From a virus (Duplodnaviria; Caudoviricetes), in IMG/VR virus record IMGVR_UViG_3300008255_000195, positions 1 to 44,470 of that record: a stretch of DNA of 44,470 nucleotides. One strand, written 5' to 3'. Under the pieces are notes generated by a model. That model was not told the DNA's origin, did not search any database, and was given only the letters and a program-made list of their open reading frames with translations. The translations under genes and the position numbers were made by a program. Below are positions 30,167 to 41,031 of the stretch, piece after piece; position 1 is the first letter of the stretch, and each line of letters starts with the position of its first letter.

Positions 30167-30454
30167 TTATATATATTTGTTAATTATTTTTTCTAAATCT
30201 TCATTTTTAATTGAACGATTTACATTTTTTTTATCTTCTTCATTTCCATATTCTGATATAAAATTTATTTTATCCCATCTAAGTTTCATACCAATATTTT
30301 CACTTTTAAATTTATTAGAACAATTATTTTGTTCTATAATATCTTCCTTTAAAATATCTTTATCTCCTAATATCTGACTTCTACTTCTCCATTTTTTATC
30401 TTTTGGGTTCCAGAACAACTGCTCTGTTTGCCTCATTGAATTTATTTTAAACAT
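30167..30454 (-). CDS. Hypothetical protein
   Basis: ORF within the operon. Confidence 0.55.
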   Translation of the reverse strand: MFKINSMRQTEQLFWNPKDKKWRSRSQILGDKDILKEDIIEQNNCSNKFKSENIGMKLRWDKINFISEYGNEEDKKNVNRSIKNEDLEKIINKYI

Positions 30455-30455
30455 A

Positions 30456-30797
30456 TTATTTATTTAATTCTTCTAATATTTGAGCAGCTTCATATAAATC
30501 ATACTTTCTCATAACAGAAAAGTTAACCAACTCTATTTCATTTTCTGAGAACATATAAGTTTCAGCTTCTTTTAAACTATCAATAAGATGTTTTCTATTT
30601 ATAAAATCTTGATATTTATCTTCTTGTAATTTAATTATAAGAGCTTCCATTATAGCTTTACCTATAGTTAAATCTTCTTCTATATATTCTTTTTCTTTTA
30701 CTTTTTTATCTTTACTAGCAACATAATGCCCGAGTTTAATAACTTCTCCAGCTATATTAACTATTTTTTTATCTAAGTGTATTATATCTAATTCCAT
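30456..30797 (-). CDS. Hypothetical protein
   Basis: ORF within the operon. Confidence 0.6.
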   Translation of the reverse strand: MELDIIHLDKKIVNIAGEVIKLGHYVASKDKKVKEKEYIEEDLTIGKAIMEALIIKLQEDKYQDFINRKHLIDSLKEAETYMFSENEIELVNFSVMRKYDLYEAAQILEELNK

Positions 30798-30864
30798 AAT
30801 TATATCTATTATTTTAATTATCTATTTGTATAACCTATATCTCTATAGGTTATACTATGGATAA

Positions 30865-31284
30865 TTAAGCAGTTGCTCTTAATACTATTAAATAGTCTAA
30901 GTCTGCAGGGTCAGTAGGTAATGTATCAACAGTTTCACATAACTTTGCAGTTATTGTTCCATCTGCTGCTACTATTTGTAAAACTAAATCTCCAACAGCT
31001 AAACCTGCTAAAGCTGTAGTAGTAATTTCACTACCAAGTTTAACAAATTTAATTACATGTGATGAAGAAATTGCAGTAGCTAATTTACCTAAAGTTACAT
31101 TAGCATCTTTTATCTTAGCAGTTTCAACAGCATTAGAAGCTAATTTAGCGGCAGTTATAGAAGCATCATCTATTACAGCAGAACCATTTAATGTTCCATC
31201 TGCATTAATAACATCTGTAACTGTACCATCAGCTGCCTTAACTTTAAATCCATTTTCAGTTGCTATAAACTCATTACTGTGCAT
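30865..31284 (-). CDS. Probable head fibre/decoration protein
   Basis: ITAAKLA/VETAKIK/VTLGKLA repeats; follows the capsid gene. Confidence 0.55.
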   Translation of the reverse strand: MHSNEFIATENGFKVKAADGTVTDVINADGTLNGSAVIDDASITAAKLASNAVETAKIKDANVTLGKLATAISSSHVIKFVKLGSEITTTALAGLAVGDLVLQIVAADGTITAKLCETVDTLPTDPADLDYLIVLRATA

Positions 31285-31372
31285 ATTTTTATATTTTTAT
31301 TTGTAAGAGAGTTTTTTAAACTCGGAGGGGAATAGTTTAGTATTCCCCCCTAGTAAAATTCTTATATTATTT

Positions 31373-32305
31373 CTATACAGCTCCAGTAGAACCTCATACA
31401 GAAAAAGGCATATCAATTACACCTTGCTTCCAGAATCCAGTTATATTAGTTCTAATTGATTCATTACTTTCTTTTATAGGTTCATTCATTTGAGGCATTA
31501 CATCAATACCTATTGCGAGTGGATTATAAAAACTTGAATCTCTTAAAAACCAGTAAGCTCTATTAGCATAAGATATATAAGGAGTTTCTACGATTCTCAT
31601 AGCACCTTTATATATATTTATATCACCAACAGCTGTTGGAGTAATTCCTTCAGCGAATAATTTTCTAGCCAATCTAGCATTATCAGAACCAAGTCTAACA
31701 ACGATAGTGTCATATACAACTGGTCTAGGTTTACCAGATGAGTCTGTCATACCAGCTCCTACTGACATTGCAGCATCTAAAGCAGATACTGAAAAAGCAG
31801 CAGTACTAGAGTTAGTAAAGGTTTCACCACTAGCATAAGAGTGAGCACCACAAATCTCTACAGCATCTGGTGCAAGGAAAGCGCTGGTTGAATCAAAAGC
31901 TTCGTTATAAAACTTATGAGCACCTGTTACTAATTCATTTTCTACATCTCTAATTGCTTGAGATGATTGTTCCATTATATATTCATCAACATAAGTTGTT
32001 GAATCTTTTGAATCTATTTTATATGTTCTTTCAGATATTTGAATAGCGTTACCATATCTTTTAGAAGTAAGTTGGATTTTATATCCTTCACCTAATTCAA
32101 AAGATGGTGGAGTTTCATAATCAGAAAGTTCTTTAACAGCACTACCAGATTCAAGAGTTGTAAAGATGTCTAATTTTGCTACTGAGTCATAAACAACAAA
32201 TGCACCAGAATCTATATATTTTAATAATGAATCTTGTACACCATCTTTAAAAACTTCTTTAATACCTTTTGTTGCTGATATTACATAATTACTATCTACA
32301 GTCAT
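31373..32305 (-). CDS. Major capsid protein (Mu gpT-like HK97 fold), 310 aa (TGA at 31394-31396)
   Basis: YG.AI.IS, PD.V.IC..H, YWFL.D; C-terminus GVIDMPFSV[TGA]GSTGAV then TAG. Confidence 0.8.
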
Positions 32306-32337
32306 TTTAGTATTATTTATTTATTATTTAATTACTA

Positions 32338-32751
32338 TTAAAATAAAGGTTTATTAATTTTAACCTCTACATTAAGTTTAGAACCAACAGTTCCAGCATC
32401 ATTAGATATACCAACTTTTAATACATCATAAGTACTTTCACCTAAATCAATAAATTGAGCACTGTCTGTAACTACTAAATCTACTTCACCACCTTTATCT
32501 GTTACTGCAAAGTTAGCATCAGTAGTTCCAAGTAATGTAAAATCATTACCAACTGAAACTTCAGTTAATACTTCACCATCAGCAGAACCATTAGGACAAT
32601 ATGCAACAGCAGTACTAGTAGCAGTAGCTTTTATAATTACTCCTGAACTAAGAGCAACTAAATCACCAGCTTCTATAACAGTATCTGTAGCAACTGTGGC
32701 TAAAGTTGTTTGTATATCCTGACCATTTTTTACTGTAAAATCTTTTGCCAT
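32338..32751 (-). CDS. Capsid cement/decoration protein
   Basis: TVIEAGDLVALSSG pattern; immediately upstream of the major capsid gene. Confidence 0.65.
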   Translation of the reverse strand: MAKDFTVKNGQDIQTTLATVATDTVIEAGDLVALSSGVIIKATATSTAVAYCPNGSADGEVLTEVSVGNDFTLLGTTDANFAVTDKGGEVDLVVTDSAQFIDLGESTYDVLKVGISNDAGTVGSKLNVEVKINKPLF

Positions 32752-32771
32752 TTTTAATTATTTATTATTTC

Positions 32772-33323
32772 TTAATTTAACTTCAAACCTTTTAATGCAA
32801 GTTTATCTCTAAACTTAGCAGCCATATCACTTTCTCCACTACCACTAGGTTGTGATGAACCTGATGTAGAGTTTGGAGTTGCTTTTTTATCTTCTAGTTT
32901 TTCTAACTTCTCTTTATAAAGAGCTTGAACAGGTGCAGAAGAAAACACTTGCTCAAATGATTCGTTATTATTTTTTATTTTTTTAATGAAATTAATTATA
33001 TTAGAATCAACATCTGTATGTCGTGAAACAAATAATTGTTCCTCTATATAGCTCTTAACATCAAAATCCTCCATTTTATTTTGATTTACGAATCGATTAT
33101 CTTCTTGTTTATTCTCCTCCTCTTTTTTATTTAAAACATCTCTTTCATATTTATGTTCTAAATGTTCTTTCTTACCTCTTAAGGTTGATACCTCATTAAT
33201 AAGTTTTTCTATATCTTGTTTATATTCTAAGTTTTGTTGTTTAAGAATATCTAATTCATTTTCAGAAGTTTTGTCTTCGGATACATCTACGGTGGTATCC
33301 TCTACCTTTTTTTCTTCGTCCAT
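32772..33323 (-). CDS. Probable scaffolding protein
   Basis: Acidic N-terminus, coiled coil, S/G-rich tail; upstream of capsid genes. Confidence 0.6.
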   Translation of the reverse strand: MDEEKKVEDTTVDVSEDKTSENELDILKQQNLEYKQDIEKLINEVSTLRGKKEHLEHKYERDVLNKKEEENKQEDNRFVNQNKMEDFDVKSYIEEQLFVSRHTDVDSNIINFIKKIKNNNESFEQVFSSAPVQALYKEKLEKLEDKKATPNSTSGSSQPSGSGESDMAAKFRDKLALKGLKLN

Positions 33324-33500
33324 TTTATTGGATTATTTATTAAATGATTTGTTGGGGTTTTCTCCCCTATGGTGTATGGTATACCATTATTCCAGATATA
33401 CCATACTAGATATAATTACTTCTATAAATAATATCCGTATTATTTATTTTTACTACTACCAGATACATATAGAAGATATTGATATATATCTGTCTATAGT

Positions 33501-33529
33501 ATTATACCATACTTTTTAAACCTTGTCAA
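33501..33529 (-). promoter_or_regulatory. Consensus sigma70 promoter for the head operon
   Basis: TTGACA-17 nt-TATAAT with TATG extension. Confidence 0.85.
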
Positions 33530-33551
33530 GCCCCTAATAAAACATTGTATT

Positions 33552-33818
33552 TTATTTACTAACATTAGTCTTTTCTTTACTAATATCAATTAAAAAGAAA
33601 ATCTCTTTTAAATATCTACCAGCTATTTGTCTGCATAATAAATTATCTTTATAATCTAAATTAAGTCCATCTAACTTCTCTGGTAATATATTTACATCTT
33701 TTCCTAAAGATAATAATTCATCTAGTTTAGGAATAAAAAAATCTTTATATACTTCTTTCCATTCTTCTGTATATGCTAATTTTGCTATTTTATTTTTTAA
33801 ATTGTTATCAATTCTCAT
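33552..33818 (-). CDS. Hypothetical protein downstream of the portal
   Basis: ORF between portal and scaffold. Confidence 0.6.
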   Translation of the reverse strand: MRIDNNLKNKIAKLAYTEEWKEVYKDFFIPKLDELLSLGKDVNILPEKLDGLNLDYKDNLLCRQIAGRYLKEIFFLIDISKEKTNVSK

Positions 33819-33824
33819 ATAGAA

Positions 33825-35741
33825 TTATAAATTATTTAATTGCATACTCTCCATTCCTCCTCCAGCCATAGATTGATTTCTTCCACCCTCTCTAGTAACT
33901 CCAGCATTAGCACCCATTTGTAATGATTGTAGTTGTGGATTATTATTTGCAGCTTCTCTGTTTTGTATTTTTTGTTTATAATCTTTCTTACCTAATTGTA
34001 AACTCTTAGCATCTAATCCTAGATTATCAGCAATTTTATTTAATAACTCTACTGTTGCAGGGTTTTCTAAAATACCTGGATTAGCTCCTATTTGATTTAC
34101 TAAGTTAATTAAAGATTCTGTTTCAGCTTGTACATTTGAGTTTTCACCAGTAACATTACAAATAATATCATAATCAAAATCAAAATAATCATCTCTTAAC
34201 TTAGGTAATATTCTATCTTTACCTGATGTATATTTTTGTAATAGTTTTTTCTTTTCACTTTCTATTTCTAAATCAGATGGCATTTTACCATTAGTAATAG
34301 CATATCTAATTACAGCATCTGATATTTCATTATTAACATACATCTCCATAATCTCATTCCAATCATCTGGGTCTTTAATATATAGAGTATCTTCTTTTTT
34401 AATCTTCTCTAATAAATCTGGTATAATCCAATCTTTAACTATCTCTGAAATAAACACACCTAACCTTTCTCTAATAAACTCAAACATCTTAGCCCCTTGT
34501 TGTTGCATAAGACTTCCTAATCTATAAGCAGTACCTGATGGCATTGTTTCTCCAAATAATATTTCTGAACCAGATGTGTTTAATCTAATATTATTTATTG
34601 AGAAGTTTGCTAGTGCTAAGAAATTATTTATGTCATGAACAGACATATCTATTTGTTTCAAATCGCTATTTTCTGTTTTTATAATTTCACCATTATCATA
34701 ATCTGTAAAAATATTTTGTTCAATAATATCATCTCTTGATTGTAATAAAGTCTTTGAAGCAAGACGCATCTTATTATTCAAGTTGTTTAATGTTTCATTT
34801 ATAGATTCTTGTTGGTCAAAAGTTGCTTCAATAAATCCTTCACCAAAGTTTCTACCCATATATTGATTAAAGTCCCACTTCTTTACTTTAATATCTTCTG
34901 GTTTTATTTTCTTTCAATACAATATTTTTTCACAATTTAATGGTCTTTCATTAGATGTTAACGTTCTAGTTTGCCCATAATAATTTCCATCTATTGTTGC
35001 TATAACTTTATATAAATTATACTCAGATTTATCTTCTGGTATATCTTCAAACATATGACTTGGTAAGTCTATATAAGCCTCTACTATTCTAATATTAGGA
35101 GTCCTTGATGGTCCTTGTTCTGATAACTTTTTATACTTATCATATATTTCCATAACAGCACTCTTATCCCACCCTTTATCTTTCATACCAAGGAATTCTT
35201 TTAATGATAAATAAAATGGGAATAACTTATAAGGAGATATTAAGTCGTGATTCTTAGATGAGTTGTTTACAATAGGACAATATTCTATTTCTCTTAAATC
35301 TTTAAACTCTATTTCGTTAGTATCTATTTTTCTAACTATTAATGAACCAAATCTAGGAGAATAAACTGAGAAGTTATTAAACATATAACTCCAATTATTT
35401 TCTTCCATATATTGAATAATTAATGTATTCAATATTCTAGTTTTTAATCTATCTTGTGTTTTTTTGTAATATAACCTAACATTATTTATATCTATATCAA
35501 TATTTTTAGTAGCATTGTCACACATTGCTGTTGATACTTTATAAAAATATATCTTATAAGCATTTTCATCTATATCTCCACTTTCAAATTTACCGTGGTT
35601 ATATAAATTATTCTTTCTTATAATACTAGGCATGTTCTGTTTAATTCCACCTGGTAAAGTAAAATCACTTGCGTAATCTCTTTCACAATTCTTTATAGCG
35701 GATAAAACACCAACATCATCTTTAACTTTTTTATTTTCCAT
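33825..35741 (-). CDS. Portal protein, 638 aa (TGA at 34914-34916)
   Basis: EKILY[TGA]KKIKPED...GR.FG.GFIE..FD.QE.IN...N joins two ORFs; follows the terminase gene. Confidence 0.8.
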
Positions 35742-35767
35742 ATATTATTAATTTATTATTTTTTATT

Positions 35768-37228
35768 TTAATTATATCTTCTGTTCTTTTGTCTTTTCTT
35801 TTCTAAATTCTTTTTTCTTCTATCTATATATTCACCACCTAATATTCCACCAAAACAAGTCAACATTAAAGCATCTGCTACATCTGGTGAGTGTACTCCT
35901 TTTTTTCTTAACTCTTCTTTTGATATAATTTTTATTCTTCCTCTACCATCTGGTTTATATCTTATATTTTCTAACTGATACCATACTGGGTCTTTGTATA
36001 ACATACCACCCCTTGATAACCATTCTTTTAATTTAAAATATCCTTCTGCTTTTTTGTTAGCATATTTTTCTTCATTAATACTTTTCTCACCAAAGTTAAT
36101 TCCATGAACACTAACATAACCTTTTTCTTTTATAGTATCTAAAAAAGCATTACCACCTGCTGTGGAATCTAAATACACATTTCTGTCAGAGATACCATAA
36201 TCCTCCATAAATAATATAATATTCTGGATTGTTTCTGTTGGTTTATTATTGTGGTCCCTTTTAAGAAGTCTAGCTATATTATCTCCTCTTAAAACAAAAC
36301 AATTCTCATCAGCACCTGAATAAGATATATCTACTCCTAATAATTTATTACCATACAAATAACTATTATCTGTTATATGGGCTTCTATAAATTCCCTTGT
36401 GAATAAAGGCATATAGTCATCTCCATCTATTGCATCTATACTAGGAAATAAACACCTATATAATACATCATAATCCATTTGTAATTTAACTGGTGCTAAT
36501 TGTTCTCTTGTAAATCTACCTTGATTAATTAATTCTGAATCATCAAAAAATAAATGGTAGTAATAAGTTGATTCTTCTAATCCACTATCTTTTGAACTTC
36601 TAAAGAAATGATTTCTAAATCAAGGATTACCTAACTCCATTAAGAAATGATTTTTACTTTGAGATGTCATACGGAAAATCTTAGAGTATATAACATCTGG
36701 TATTTCAGCTGATTCATCAATAATAATATTAGGACAACCTTGCCCCATTAATGTTTGACCTGCTGCTAATTTATTTTTAACATCAGCAGATAATATAGTT
36801 ATACGACTTCCATTTATAAAAGATATACTTTCTTTACTTCTATCAGTTGTTAATTTCTCAGATATACTCTTAAAAGCTTTAGGAATCATCTTATCAAAAA
36901 TAGTATTAGAAGCTATAAACTTTCTAATATTTCCCATAATAATTTGAGTCTTATCTTTAGTAGGAGCTATAATTAATCACTCCTCGTTATCATGAATCAT
37001 ACATGAAATTAACACACCCATAGAAACACAGAAAGATTTACCTCCTCTAGTAGAAACTAAAACATGAACAAAAGGGTTTTCTTTTGTAACTATCTCATAA
37101 ATAATATCTTCTTGAAATGGATATAATTTAACTTGTTCATATTCTCCAGTCTTATCATTAACTGCTTTCATTAATGAACATATCTTATTAATCCTTTCCT
37201 TATATTCTTGTTTAGTTATCTTGGTCAT
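35768..37228 (-). CDS. terL: Terminase large subunit, 486 aa (TGA at 36977 and 36620)
   Basis: LYPFQ, STRGGKS (Walker A), EE[TGA]LIIAP, IIIDES (Walker B), GNP[TGA]FRNHF, LLGVDIS, SPDVADAL; three ORFs form one frame. Confidence 0.9.
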
Positions 37229-37724
37229 CTGTATTATTATTATCTTCTTTTTCTTCTTCTTCAAACTCAGCTTCTATAATTTGTGGGTTTAATATCTCTC
37301 TCATCATCTTAATCTCCTCAGGGACATCTAAAGTAATATTAAGCCCCTTATAAGCACCAACCATTTTATTTCTTTCTTGTATTGCCTTTAATGAAATATT
37401 AGCATCATGGTTATAAATATGATTTGAAAGAATCGCTGCTATAGAAAAATCATCCATACCCATAAACTGAGTCATCTCTTCAAAACTCTTACTCTTCATA
37501 ATCTGAGCTACTATAGATGGGTGAATACCTAACTCACTACTAATCTTACTATAGGTTATTCTCTCACCTCTATTAGCTAATTTATAAGCAGTATCAGCAA
37601 CTTGTAATTGCCTTAACTGTTTAGCCTCTTTATCCATACCAACTTTAGGTCCTCTAGGCTTTGTTATATTTTTTCTAGCGTTAGCAATACTTTGCTTAAC
37701 ATCATCTGTATCTCTATTTGCCAT
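37212..37724 (-). CDS. Probable terminase small subunit
   Basis: HTH-like TYSKISSELGIHPSIVAQI; overlaps the terL start. Confidence 0.6.
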   Translation of the reverse strand: MANRDTDDVKQSIANARKNITKPRGPKVGMDKEAKQLRQLQVADTAYKLANRGERITYSKISSELGIHPSIVAQIMKSKSFEEMTQFMGMDDFSIAAILSNHIYNHDANISLKAIQERNKMVGAYKGLNITLDVPEEIKMMREILNPQIIEAEFEEEEKEDNNNTDDQDN

Positions 37725-37950
37725 TTATATTATTTTAATTTTATATTCCTAGTTCCTAATACACTAGGAATTTTTAGATAATAGATACTATTAACATACT
37801 TAGTATTATAACAGGCATAAACATAAATATTGATACAGGTATAATACTTAACTTACCTAATTTTTCTTTAAATATATTATATTCACTTTTATAGCAAATA
37901 TAACTACCTACAACCCAAATAATAAATAATATTAATTCCATATAATTATT

Positions 37951-38067
37951 TTAATTTTGTAAAGCATTCTCAATTAAAGACCAAAGTAACATAATTATTA
38001 TAAACGACCAAATACTTAAACCTATTATCCAATCGTGTTTACCTGGTCTATATCCTGGACAACCCAT
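37951..38067 (-). CDS. Small membrane protein (38 aa)
   Basis: MGCPGYRPGKHDWIIGLSIWSFIIIMLLWSLI..., just downstream of a promoter. Confidence 0.45.
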   Translation of the reverse strand: MGCPGYRPGKHDWIIGLSIWSFIIIMLLWSLIENALQN

Positions 38068-38095
38068 ATAATTATCATTTAAAAATTATACCTTC

Positions 38096-38124
38096 ATTAT
38101 ACTACATTTACTGTTTACTGTCAA
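38096..38124 (-). promoter_or_regulatory. Consensus sigma70 promoter for the packaging operon
   Basis: TTGACA-17 nt-TATAAT. Confidence 0.8.
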
Positions 38125-38592
38125 CTGTCAATTATTAATTATTTTTTATTAGGGGATTTTATTATATTTTTATTCTAATGGAAATAAATAATAAGACTGC
38201 ACAATGCAAAAACTTATTTTTTTGAAATTGGTTATTACCCATACCTATAAGGTTCTCTCGAGCAGTGCTATAACTGCAATCGTTTCTTTTACAACTTCTC
38301 TAAAAGTTGGTTCTGATATTAAATATCATATTAATATTCATTGTACATCTTGCATACTTAATAGAACTTTACTTTATCCACCATTTAACCCGAAGATGCT
38401 GTTAGGTTAAATACAATTCTATCTCTTTTACTTCGTAGTCTTCCTTAATAGTTTTATCTATTAATTCTTTTGATACGAATAGCTTTTAATTTTAGATTCC
38501 CAGTCAATTATGCTGGTCTAGTTTAGCCTTATATATATTCGTTATTGTATATATTAAATACTTATTTAACCTTTGTAAATAATACTATATAT

Positions 38593-38621
38593 AGTATAGC
38601 ATAGTTTTTTAAGTTTGTCAA
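38593..38621 (-). promoter_or_regulatory. Sigma70 promoter heading a mostly non-coding region of about 450 nt
   Basis: TTGACA-17 nt-TATACT with TATG extension. Confidence 0.8.
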
Positions 38622-38719
38622 TAGCTAAAAATATATCTAATGTAAGCAAAATAAAAATATAGTAAAAAATAATGAAAAATGTAAATTAAGAAATAGCTAA
38701 GGTTAGATAAGAAAAGAGA

Positions 38720-38771
38720 TTGAAAAATTGTGAAAAAAATTAAAGAGGTTTGAAAAATTGTGAAAAAAATT
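38720..38771. repeat. 22-bp direct repeat x2
   Basis: TTGAAAAATTGTGAAAAAAATT at 38720-38741 and 38750-38771. Confidence 0.85.
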
Positions 38772-39113
38772 TGTGTAGTAATATATATATAATACTCCTC
38801 CGCCCTTGTCTATCCCACCACCCCTTACCTAGTCGCACATTATTCATAATCCGACACTCTATAAAACATCATTATATACAAAAAACATTTTTTCATCTCT
38901 TACTTAATCGTATTTTTTTTATTCTATTTATATATTTTTTATTCTTTTCTTTTCTTTTTTCATAAAAGGAATTATACAAAATAATAATACATAAAATAAT
39001 TTAAAAAGCCTTAACCCATTCTTTCCGAATTGAACATATTATGTATTCAATATACATTATAATTAAATTAAGCCTAGTTTTAGATAAATAAGTGATTTAT
39101 CAACAGATATTAA

Positions 39114-39142
39114 TTGCTATTTTTTTAAATTGATGATATAGT
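39114..39142 (+). promoter_or_regulatory. Sigma70-type promoter for the small early genes
   Basis: TTGCTA-17 nt-TATAGT with TG extension. Confidence 0.6.
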
Positions 39143-39355
39143 TTAGTTATGAACAAAACAATTTATAAAATAATAATTAATAAAAATACAACTTTACAAA
39201 AAATGAAAACATTAAAGTTTCTAGAACAAGCAAAAGAATACTTCATAGACTTTGAAAAAGTAGAGCTTTACAAAAACAATCAATTGATATATAAGAATTA
39301 ACATCATTAAAACGCTTACAATATAAATAATAAATAATAATGAATAAATAAAAAT

Positions 39356-39550
39356 ATGAGTGATAAAAAATACATTTTAATAATAATACTAGTTGTTATT
39401 TTATGGCTAGTATTAAACATCTTAACTAGTAAACAGCCAAGCGGTATCCAAGAGAAAACATGTTTTAGACATTATGATGCGTCTAGGAATTATGAACTTA
39501 TAAAAGACGAGGTATTCTATAAATACAACTGTAAACAATTCCATAAATAA
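39356..39550 (+). CDS. Small membrane-anchored protein
   Basis: N-terminal TM helix, two Cys. Confidence 0.6.
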   Translation: MSDKKYILIIILVVILWLVLNILTSKQPSGIQEKTCFRHYDASRNYELIKDEVFYKYNCKQFHK

Positions 39551-39567
39551 ATAATAAAGATAATACT

Positions 39568-39765
39568 ATGAACATTAAAAATATAATAAAAAAACCAATT
39601 GAAAATAGTATTCCTAACTTATACGATTTTCATAATAAAGGAAAATTACTTAATGATTTAAAACTTGGTAAATTAAAAATAGGGGATACAGCTATTATAA
39701 AATTCAAAAATAAATACATAGAGTTTGAAATACTAAAGAATTATAAAAAAATAATAATTAAATAA
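39568..39765 (+). CDS. Hypothetical protein
   Basis: ORF with the typical AT-rich leader. Confidence 0.5.
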   Translation: MNIKNIIKKPIENSIPNLYDFHNKGKLLNDLKLGKLKIGDTAIIKFKNKYIEFEILKNYKKIIIK

Positions 39766-40002
39766 ATATAAATTATATGATAATAGATTTAATTCACATT
39801 AAATAATAAATAATTAAATAAATAATAATAATATTATGAAATTAAAAAAAGAAGAACTAACAAAAGATTTATTCTTAGATATAACAGGCTACACAGAGGA
39901 AGAATACAACGAGTTGACCCTTGAAGAGATAACAGATACTTGGAAAGACATACAAAAAAATAATAATTAAATAAATATAAATTATATGATAATAGATTTA
40001 AT
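39745..40002. repeat. 49-bp direct repeat x2 (39745-39793 and 39954-40002)
   Basis: A7-TAATAATTAAATAAATATAAATTATATGATAATAGATTTAAT; flanks small ORF 39836..39970. Confidence 0.85.
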
Positions 40003-40106
40003 CTTAGACAGAAAAGATAATAAAGAATATAACCCTAGAAAATTTTACAATGATATTATGAACTATGGTGAGATAGGTTTTTAAATAACAATAATAATAA
40101 AATACT

Positions 40107-40310
40107 ATGTTAAAAAGTAAAATAATAACAATCAAATTGAAAAATGAACCTCCATTTTTTAATAGTTATATCATAGATACGCTAGATGAAACAAAAAAAT
40201 ATAAAATAAATATTGATTTTCTAACAAGAGAAGACGCAGAAAATGGAGTTAATGAAATAATAGAGAAAGCAAGACAAAAAGGAATAACACATTTGTCAGG
40301 TAATAGTTAA
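40107..40310 (+). CDS. Hypothetical protein
   Basis: ORF with the typical leader. Confidence 0.55.
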   Translation: MLKSKIITIKLKNEPPFFNSYIIDTLDETKKYKINIDFLTREDAENGVNEIIEKARQKGITHLSGNS

Positions 40311-40460
40311 ATAATTAAATATAATACTATGAAAAAAGAAAATGAATATAACGCTAAAGAAGTTGCAAAATATAAGTAATAGTTAATATCTTTTTAGGAC
40401 TATTAAATACATTTTAATAGTCTTATAAAAGGTCTTAATTAAATAAAAATAAAAATAAAA

Positions 40461-41030
40461 ATGAATAAAAAAAAGGAAAACACAAAAATAAATATTATAA
40501 TACCACTTACAACGATAGTATTATATATGATTATATCTAGCTTTATAGTATTTAATGAAGTTAATGGAGAAATAATAGAAGTAGTAGAAAAAAAAGTTAA
40601 TTCTTATAATATTCCTAGTTTAGAGAATTCAATAAATGTATTCTTAAATAATTATGAGAAGTTAGGAAACTTTCCTACTGGGGTTATTATTGTAGATGTA
40701 AAGATAATAGACGAGTATAGCAATACAGATAATAGAGAAATATATGCCGAATATGCTTATTCTATTAGTCAAGACGAGGATTTTGTGAAAACAATGTATG
40801 CCGAGAGTAAGTTTAACCCATTAGCAGTAAATGTAAATAGAGATACAAGCGTAGATTATGGAATCGGGCAAATAAATAGCTATTGGCACTATAAAATTAT
40901 AAATAACCCGCAATATTCAGACCCATATTTTCAAATAAGAGAAGCTTGGAAATTATATAAAGCGGGAACAACATTTTATGGTTACTATGCTAGAAATAAT
41001 TACGATAATAATTTAATAATTAATAAATAA
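40461..41030 (+). CDS. Membrane-anchored SLT-type lytic transglycosylase
   Basis: AESKFNPLA.N.N...S.DYG..QINS.WH plus an N-terminal TM. Confidence 0.8.
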   Translation: MNKKKENTKINIIIPLTTIVLYMIISSFIVFNEVNGEIIEVVEKKVNSYNIPSLENSINVFLNNYEKLGNFPTGVIIVDVKIIDEYSNTDNREIYAEYAYSISQDEDFVKTMYAESKFNPLAVNVNRDTSVDYGIGQINSYWHYKIINNPQYSDPYFQIREAWKLYKAGTTFYGYYARNNYDNNLIINK

Positions 41031-41031
41031 T

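Noticed and set aside
38490-38515. Second group I intron (AATTGACTGGGAAT resembles a P element)
   Set aside because: No matching Q/R/S elements and no flanking exons found
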